Assembly: GCA_013044245.1 (NCBI GenBank)
Contig: JABEVK010000104.1
Location: 100-64,099, forward strand
Reading direction: 5' to 3'
Length of the DNA: 64,000 nucleotides
Source of the DNA: Spirochaetales bacterium
GTDB lineage: Bacteria; Spirochaetota; Spirochaetia; JABEVK01
Under the pieces are notes generated by a model, which was not told the DNA's origin, ran no database searches, and saw nothing but the letters and a program-made list of their open reading frames with translations. Of the stretch, positions 58,341 through 64,000 are shown one piece after another. Position 1 is the stretch's first letter, and every line of letters begins with the position of its first letter. The position numbers were made by a program, and so were the translations under genes.

Positions 58341-59930
58341 TCAAAGGGGTGCTTTTTGTATTTCAGAACGTACTACACGAAAACCGACATTGGTGTGTTG
58401 TTTCTCAGGACTACTATCGTTACGAAAGGATAACCTAAATAGCGAGGAAAAATCGACCCAGCTTGAGCCTCGTAAAACACGCTCTTCGCCGCTAGGTGGG
58501 CCTTGATAGTTATTTAATCGACCAGAGGGATAGTGTCCATCCCAGTCCCAGCACCATTGCCAAACATTGCCACTAAGATCATACAAACCGAGCTCATTGG
58601 GCAACTTTGACCCTACCACAGCCGTTTTTTGAGGGCTGTAAGGACTGGTGGGACGAGGACCCCACCCATAAACCGCGTATCGGCTTAAATATTTTTGCTC
58701 ACCGTAGGGTTCGCGACTTCCCGCGTAGCCTTTCTTCCAGCCTCCGGTATCGATCTTGTCGTGCCAATCAGAACGGAGGGAGTCGCTGGTGGCTCCCATG
58801 GCCGCCCACATCCATTCCATCTCGGTCGGCAACCTGAAACCGTCAGCCAAGGGATTGGCTTGGGCAGAATTCCAAGTCGTGTTATTATAAGAGGGAATCT
58901 CGGACCAACTCAGGTACCTGAAATCCACACCCGGAACACTGTACACCGGAGTTAAGCCTTCTTTGAGACTCAACTCATTGCAAAAAGCGATGGCTTGGTA
59001 CCAACTCACATTTTCCACGGGGCCTTCCCAACCACTCGAGTCGCCCGAATAACTCGGATCAGCTTGCATAACGGCGTAAAATTGGGCCCGAGTGATATCG
59101 TAACGGCTCATCAAAAAAGACAGTACTGTCGAGGTATCTTCGGCCCGCTGGTCGCGCTGAAACGTCCCGCCGGGAACTGGTAGCATCGTCGGTTGTGCCA
59201 CCCAGACGGCATATAAAGGTAAATTACCGCTTCGCATGACGACATTTGCACGGTCGGGATAAAAAATTCCGCCGTGAGGGGATAGTGCCCAACCCGCGAA
59301 AAGATACCCCGGCCGGACAAAGGTATTCGGGTGCAGAAGGGCCTGTTGTCCAGTAAACAGAAACTCGGGAGGCATAGACCCTAAAGCACCGGATGCCTCA
59401 AAAGAGATCTGGTATTGATTGGGACCCCAAACAGCGTAGAGGGTAGTATTAGAAGGTCCCATCCGGTAAACAGCCCCATCGGCTCCTACGGCGGGACCAT
59501 TTTGTTGTGTTGCCCAGCCCACAAAATGATAGCCAGGACGGGTAAAGTGCTGAAGAGGTAAGGGAGCAGTAGAATCCGTGGACCGAGTAAGGGCTGGTAT
59601 TTGTCCGGTTCCCCCATTCGGATCGAACGTCAGTCTGTATACCAGAGGTTTCCAAATGGCCCAAAGCCGAATGGTTTTCTGCATGGTATAGGGCTCACCA
59701 TCGGCAAGGACAACGGGTCCCGTCACGGAGCGGGCCCAACCTAAAAACTGATAGCCCTTTCGCACAAAGGTATTGTGTAATAACGGGACGGAATCCCCCT
59801 TGGCTATCAGTTGAACCTTAGGAGTACCATCTCCTCCGTTGGCTTGAAAGATCACCTCTGTTGGGTGAGGCCACAGGAGTATGGTCACGACCACAACCAA
59901 AACACCCAAAGCCGCCCATAAGAATTTCAT
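58341..59930 (-). CDS. surface-anchored FGE-sulfatase-family (SUMF1/EgtB/PvdO-like) protein with three Listeria-Bacteroides (Flg_new) repeats
   Basis: N-terminal TM/signal, then three ~65-aa repeats (F..GY.F.GWA......Y.....LYAVW), then a C-terminal FGE-like domain (…GFRVVR). Confidence 0.75.
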   Translation of the reverse strand: MKFLWAALGVLVVVVTILLWPHPTEVIFQANGGDGTPKVQLIAKGDSVPLLHNTFVRKGYQFLGWARSVTGPVVLADGEPYTMQKTIRLWAIWKPLVYRLTFDPNGGTGQIPALTRSTDSTAPLPLQHFTRPGYHFVGWATQQNGPAVGADGAVYRMGPSNTTLYAVWGPNQYQISFEASGALGSMPPEFLFTGQQALLHPNTFVRPGYLFAGWALSPHGGIFYPDRANVVMRSGNLPLYAVWVAQPTMLPVPGGTFQRDQRAEDTSTVLSFLMSRYDITRAQFYAVMQADPSYSGDSSGWEGPVENVSWYQAIAFCNELSLKEGLTPVYSVPGVDFRYLSWSEIPSYNNTTWNSAQANPLADGFRLPTEMEWMWAAMGATSDSLRSDWHDKIDTGGWKKGYAGSREPYGEQKYLSRYAVYGWGPRPTSPYSPQKTAVVGSKLPNELGLYDLSGNVWQWCWDWDGHYPSGRLNNYQGPPSGEERVLRGSSWVDFSSLFRLSFRNDSSPEKQHTNVGFRVVRSEIQKAPL

Positions 59931-60272
59931 GCACCACTCTCCAGAATTAGGGCCCACTTTGGGGTCACCAGTATGTCTGGTGAAACATCACAACTGTTGA
60001 AAAGTCACACAAAAGCTGTAAATGTCCTTCAAAGGGCGCCTAAGTAATGCGAAAAGCGCTCACACCGTGGTTTCCGACCTTTCCCGACTTTACTCCAGAC
60101 CTTTCGAGAATTCCCAGATAAACCTTTTCAAAAGGTACGCCATCATCGCCAGAAGTAGACGTTGCGACACGACGTCAGGAAAATTTCTGTCATCTTATAA
60201 AAAACTGTCGCACCTTTTGGATCAAACGTCGTTTATACTTATTTTCATGAACAAAGGGAGGCCGCTGTGGAA

Positions 60273-62108
60273 ATGCGCAAACTTAAGGTAGGCATCATGC
60301 TCCGGGTCACGGGGATCATTGCCGTTGCCCTTATTTTGTTGGTGGTTACGGCGTTTGCCGTCTTGGTACAAACCCTCCATCAGGCAGGCAAGAGCGTTAC
60401 CAATACGCTAGAACTTCAAAGACTGAACAATGATCTTAATTTTTTTGCGTACAAGATTGACCAAACCTGGGGGACACTGAAATTAGGCGACTCTACCCTG
60501 GTGACAGCTCAAGGCAAACCGATCAACAACGACTGGATCGATGCCTTTTCGACCGAGAACCATCTCGTTGCCACGGTTTTTGTCCGTGACGACCAAGATT
60601 TTCGCCGGGTGGTGACCTCAGTCAAAACGTCAACAGGGCAACGCGCTGTAGGCACGACACTGGGGGTAAAGAGTGCGGCCTACCAACCGGTAATGAGCGG
60701 TCAAACCTACCGAGGTACGGCTCAAATTTTGGGCCAAACGTATTTAACCATCTACAAACCCTTAGTGACAGCGGGGGAAACCTACGGCATTATTTTTGTC
60801 GGTATACCCTCGGCTCAAGCTGATGCTCTAACTCGTGAGGCCTTTGTTCAGGCAGTCCAAATTTTAAGCAGTGTCACTGGGGGCATCCTCGTTCTTGTTT
60901 TGCTTCTTAGCATGTACCTGCTACGGGCCAGTATTGTCAGACCAATCCGACAGATGATGAATTTATTGAAGGCTATAGCCGACGGCGACCTGTCACAAAA
61001 GCTCTTGGTAAAAAACTCAACCGAAATTGGGCAGATGGCCGATTATTTCAATGCGTCGATCAATCAACTGGCACAACTGACACGGCTGCTTAAGGATCAA
61101 GAGCTGGCCTGGCAACAGTCAGGCAACTCGTTGAACATCACGGTGCAAGAAAGCCTTTCGACCGTAGCACAAATTCGCTCTGATCTTGAGCGCATCCATC
61201 AGCGCACGTCCGAACAATCGTCACAAATTCAAGCAAGTTCGGTGTTGATGGCTGACATGGCCGGAGGAATCGACAGGCTTTATGGTCAAATTCAAAAACA
61301 AACCGAGTCCATCACCCAATCGTCGGCCGCTGTCGAAGAAGTTCTGGCCAACATTGCCTCGGTCAATAACGTTCTTGACCGTAACTCTGAGCACTCTACA
61401 AAGCTCGCCCAGGCCATCGAAGGAGGCTCGTCGAGCGTGACCTCGGTAGCGGATAATTTGTCGCAAATTGCCCAGGAATCAGAAGCTCTGCTCGAAATCA
61501 GTGCCGTGATTCAGGCAATAGCGTCACAGACGAACCTCTTGGCGATGAACGCGGCGATTGAAGCCGCACATGCCGGCGAAGCAGGAAAAGGCTTTGACGC
61601 TGTCGCGGACGAGATTCGTAAATTGGCGGAGTCGTCGGGAGAACAAGCCAAAACCGTGGCAAAAGTCCTGGAACGGATCAAGAGAGCTTTGGGTGACATG
61701 AGTCATCAAGCTTCGGCAGTTCAGGAACAATTTCAAGAACTAGACCGCCAGTTTAATGATTTTTCTTTGAATGAGCGAAGCATCCGTGATGCCATGCGCG
61801 AACAAACTGCGGGTAGTCAACAAATTCTCGAAGCCTTGGTCAACCTGAAAACGATCACGGCCGAAGTGCATGAGGGCGCTGTACATGCTCAAGAGGTCAG
61901 CACCAGTATCCATCAGTCGGGAGGAGCTCTGGTTGAATCCAATGCCGAAGTTATCCAAGCGGTAGGGGCTATTTCAACATCGGTAGAAAAAATTATTCAA
62001 GCCACCTCAGCCGTCCAAGACGCCGGAAACCAAAACGCCAAAGCGCAAGGAGCCCTCAAAAAAGAGATGGAAAAATTCAGGCTCGACAAGGACACCGATC
62101 CGCTATGA
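60273..62108 (+). CDS. methyl-accepting chemotaxis protein (periplasmic sensor + HAMP + MCP signalling domain)
   Basis: Highly conserved [33 protein letters not shown] signalling motif. 2 TM helices. Confidence 0.88.
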   Translation: MRKLKVGIMLRVTGIIAVALILLVVTAFAVLVQTLHQAGKSVTNTLELQRLNNDLNFFAYKIDQTWGTLKLGDSTLVTAQGKPINNDWIDAFSTENHLVATVFVRDDQDFRRVVTSVKTSTGQRAVGTTLGVKSAAYQPVMSGQTYRGTAQILGQTYLTIYKPLVTAGETYGIIFVGIPSAQADALTREAFVQAVQILSSVTGGILVLVLLLSMYLLRASIVRPIRQMMNLLKAIADGDLSQKLLVKNSTEIGQMADYFNASINQLAQLTRLLKDQELAWQQSGNSLNITVQESLSTVAQIRSDLERIHQRTSEQSSQIQASSVLMADMAGGIDRLYGQIQKQTESITQSSAAVEEVLANIASVNNVLDRNSEHSTKLAQAIEGGSSSVTSVADNLSQIAQESEALLEISAVIQAIASQTNLLAMNAAIEAAHAGEAGKGFDAVADEIRKLAESSGEQAKTVAKVLERIKRALGDMSHQASAVQEQFQELDRQFNDFSLNERSIRDAMREQTAGSQQILEALVNLKTITAEVHEGAVHAQEVSTSIHQSGGALVESNAEVIQAVGAISTSVEKIIQATSAVQDAGNQNAKAQGALKKEMEKFRLDKDTDPL

Positions 62109-62146
62109 TCTGTCCACCCACTAGGAAGATTGATAAAAATCTATAC

Positions 62147-62175
62147 TTGACAAAAGCAGTATATTTTCTGATTAT
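62147..62175 (+). promoter_or_regulatory. putative sigma70 promoter TTGACA-17-GATTAT upstream of cyoA
   Basis: Hexamers read directly. This would leave a ~50-nt leader before the ATG. Confidence 0.3.
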
Positions 62176-62232
62176 TGAACACGCCTATATTCATTCTAAT
62201 CTACTAGGATTATAGTGCGACAAGGAAGCTAT

Positions 62233-63135
62233 ATGAGGAAGAAGTCCTTCGGCCGTTTCTTCAAGTCTATTGGACTACCACTTGCGGTTTTTCTGTTCAG
62301 CTCCTGCCAGGGAGGCTCGTTGTTTGACCCCAAGGGCCCCATAGGGTCACAAGAAAAGTCTTTAATTTTGATCACCTTTGCGCTTATGCTCATCGTAGCC
62401 ATCCCTGTTTTTGCCATGGTGATCTGGTTTTCGGTGAGGTACCGCGAATCCAACAAGAAAGCAACTTACAAACCCGAGTGGGAAGGTTCGCTAAAAATCG
62501 AGACGGTCATTTGGTTAGTCCCGGTAGCCATCATAGCCGTTCTGTCCTACCTCACCTGGGTAAAGACCATAGACTTGGACCCCTACAAACCGATCGCGTC
62601 TACCGAACGGCCGCTTCACGTTGAAGTTGTTTCGCTGGATTGGAACTGGCTGTTTATCTATCCTGACGAAAACATCGCTTCGATCAATAAACTGGTTATC
62701 CCCGAGGGAAGACCAGTAACTTTTGACCTCACCTCAGCGACGGTCATGACATCGTTCTTCATTCCTCAACTAGGAAGTCAGATCTATGCTATGGCTGGAA
62801 TGACCACGCATTTGAACTTGGAAGCCGATGCCACAGGAACCTTTTTAGGGGAAAATATGGAGTACAGTGGTAGCGGCTATGCGTCGATGCACTTTGATAC
62901 GGTTTCACTCCCGCAGGACCAATTTGCCTCATGGGTGCAGACAGCCAAAGCTAGCCCGAGCAGAATGACTCTTACCCAGTTTAACCAGTTAAACACCCCG
63001 ACCCTGAATTATCCGGTGACAACGTATTCCTCGGTGGACCCAGGGCTGTTTAACCACATTGTTCATAGCTTTGACAGTGAAATGCCGATGCCACAAGCCA
63101 TGCCTGCTGACATGACCACGTCGACTAAAAAATAG
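62233..63135 (+). CDS. cyoA: cyo/qox-type quinol oxidase subunit II (no CuA ligands), lipoprotein
   Basis: [22 protein letters not shown] closely parallels E. coli CyoA. The only Cys is in the lipobox, so no CuA site. Confidence 0.85.
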   Translation: MRKKSFGRFFKSIGLPLAVFLFSSCQGGSLFDPKGPIGSQEKSLILITFALMLIVAIPVFAMVIWFSVRYRESNKKATYKPEWEGSLKIETVIWLVPVAIIAVLSYLTWVKTIDLDPYKPIASTERPLHVEVVSLDWNWLFIYPDENIASINKLVIPEGRPVTFDLTSATVMTSFFIPQLGSQIYAMAGMTTHLNLEADATGTFLGENMEYSGSGYASMHFDTVSLPQDQFASWVQTAKASPSRMTLTQFNQLNTPTLNYPVTTYSSVDPGLFNHIVHSFDSEMPMPQAMPADMTTSTKK

Positions 63136-63148
63136 GAGCGCTACGGAA

Positions 63149-64000
63149 ATGTTCGGAAGACTTACTTGGGATTCAATCCAAACCCATGATCCATTTTTAT
63201 TTATGGCTACCATAGGAATGCCTATTGTCGTCATAGCCCTCGTCATTGTTCTGGCTTACTTTAAAAAGTGGGGCTACCTGTGGCGCGAATGGTTTACCAC
63301 CGTTGACCATAAAAAAATTGGTTTCATGTATATCATTCTCGGAATGATGATGATGTTACGAGGCTTTGTCGACGCCATCATGATGAGAGCGCAACAATCC
63401 ATCGCCGAAGGCGCTAACCACGGCTACCTAACAGCCGATCACTTTAGCCAGATCTTTTCGGCGCACGGCACGATTATGATCATCTTTGCCGCTATGCCGA
63501 TTTTTATCGGACTGATGAACATAGCCGTTCCCTTGCAAATCGGAGCGCGGGATGTTGCCTTTCCTGCTCTTAACTCAGTCAGTTTTTGGTTGACCGTATC
63601 AGCGTCACTTTTGGTGATGGTGTCACTGTCCATTGGAGACTTCTCGACCGCCGGTTGGACAGGCATAGCTCCCTATTTTGAAAAGCAATACAGTCCAGGC
63701 TCCGGTGTTGACTATTGGACATGGGCCCTCCAGCTGTCGGGGGTCGGCACCACTCTGACGGGAATAAACTTCTTTGTCACCATCATAAAAATGCGTGCGC
63801 CCGGACTTAAGCTGATGCGTATGCCGTTATTTACGTGGACCGCGTTAACGACCAATGCCTTGATCGTCCTGTCTTTCCCGGCTCTTACAGTAGCTCTTTT
63901 ACTTCTCACCTTAGACCGCTACCTGGGGATGAACTTTTTCACCAACCTACTGGGTGGAAACGTCATGTTGTACAACAACATCTTTTGGATGTGGGGACAC
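63149..64000 (+). CDS. cyoB: heme-copper quinol oxidase subunit I (partial, continues past window end)
   Basis: Very high similarity to CyoB ([17 protein letters not shown]....WFFGHPEVY-type core). The ORF runs off the 3' end of the window. Confidence 0.9.
   Translation, partial: MFGRLTWDSIQTHDPFLFMATIGMPIVVIALVIVLAYFKKWGYLWREWFTTVDHKKIGFMYIILGMMMMLRGFVDAIMMRAQQSIAEGANHGYLTADHFSQIFSAHGTIMIIFAAMPIFIGLMNIAVPLQIGARDVAFPALNSVSFWLTVSASLLVMVSLSIGDFSTAGWTGIAPYFEKQYSPGSGVDYWTWALQLSGVGTTLTGINFFVTIIKMRAPGLKLMRMPLFTWTALTTNALIVLSFPALTVALLLLTLDRYLGMNFFTNLLGGNVMLYNNIFWMWGH

Noticed and set aside
1-64000. tRNA, rRNA, CRISPR arrays, integrases, transposases, toxin-antitoxin or restriction-modification modules
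   Set aside because: Every intergenic gap longer than 60 bp was read. None shows cloverleaf-compatible structure, repeat-spacer periodicity or terminal inverted repeats, and no mobile-element-type ORFs are present. Small tRNAs cannot be fully excluded without a dedicated scan.

Overview
This is a 64-kb, gene-dense chromosomal segment from a Gram-negative (diderm) bacterium, about 52-55% GC with short intergenic gaps. About 65 protein-coding genes lie on both strands. I saw no rRNA, tRNA, CRISPR array, integrase, transposase or other mobile-element signature, so this looks like core chromosome rather than an accessory island. I could not assign a taxon. The outer-membrane beta-barrel ending in Phe, the bactofilin, several PilZ proteins, a CarD/CdnL regulator and many membrane-anchored signalling proteins fit a proteobacterial, perhaps predatory/Bdellovibrio-like, lineage, but that is speculative.

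Gene content from 5' to 3':
- An OppA-like substrate-binding protein, a CarD/CdnL regulator with a poly-acidic tail, endonuclease III, cysE, a membrane metallophosphoesterase and an Rrf2 regulator.
- Two divergent two-domain RsmC/RlmG-like methyltransferases, an MFS transporter and a membrane-anchored YcgR-like PilZ protein.
- A nitrosative-stress module: ferredoxin, a TetR regulator, a Crp/Fnr (HcpR-like) regulator and the hybrid-cluster protein Hcp. Next to it sits a cytoplasmic sensor kinase with a Cys-rich PAS-like insert.
- A U32 peptidase, then a CheY gene translationally coupled to a CxxCxxCC (YkgJ-like) protein, followed by fabV, a CNNM/CorC protein and an ICMT-family methyltransferase.
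- A hypothetical protein, a PilZ protein, and a TPR protein translationally coupled to a bactofilin.
- Biosynthetic genes tyrA, pta, metA, cysK, dapB and dapA.
- A ComEC-like membrane domain fused in frame to KsgA/RsmA, with an internal SD-GTG start.
- A marR/emrB-like pair with a perfect 24-bp operator palindrome, and a second membrane PilZ protein.
- A complete accB-accC-accD-accA operon, divergent from fabZ and two acyl-CoA synthetases.
- A yeiE/yeiH-type LysR/exporter pair.
- A menaquinone/respiration cluster: polyprenyl synthase, an unusual long cytochrome b6-like protein with no Rieske partner, two MenA-like prenyltransferases flanking an outer-membrane beta-barrel, a CPBP protease, ubiE/menG, an NDH-2 fused to a DoxX membrane domain, a surface FGE-family protein with three Flg_new repeats, an MCP, and the start of a CuA-less cyo-type quinol oxidase (subunit II and partial subunit I).

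I found no convincing novel defence or mobile system. The second-look candidates are the gene fusions (ComEC-KsgA, NDH-2-DoxX), the stand-alone extended cytochrome b, the Cys-rich sensor kinase beside hcp, the CheY-YkgJ coupled pair, the FGE-Flg_new surface protein, and a small tandem-repeat locus with a possible secreted micro-protein.
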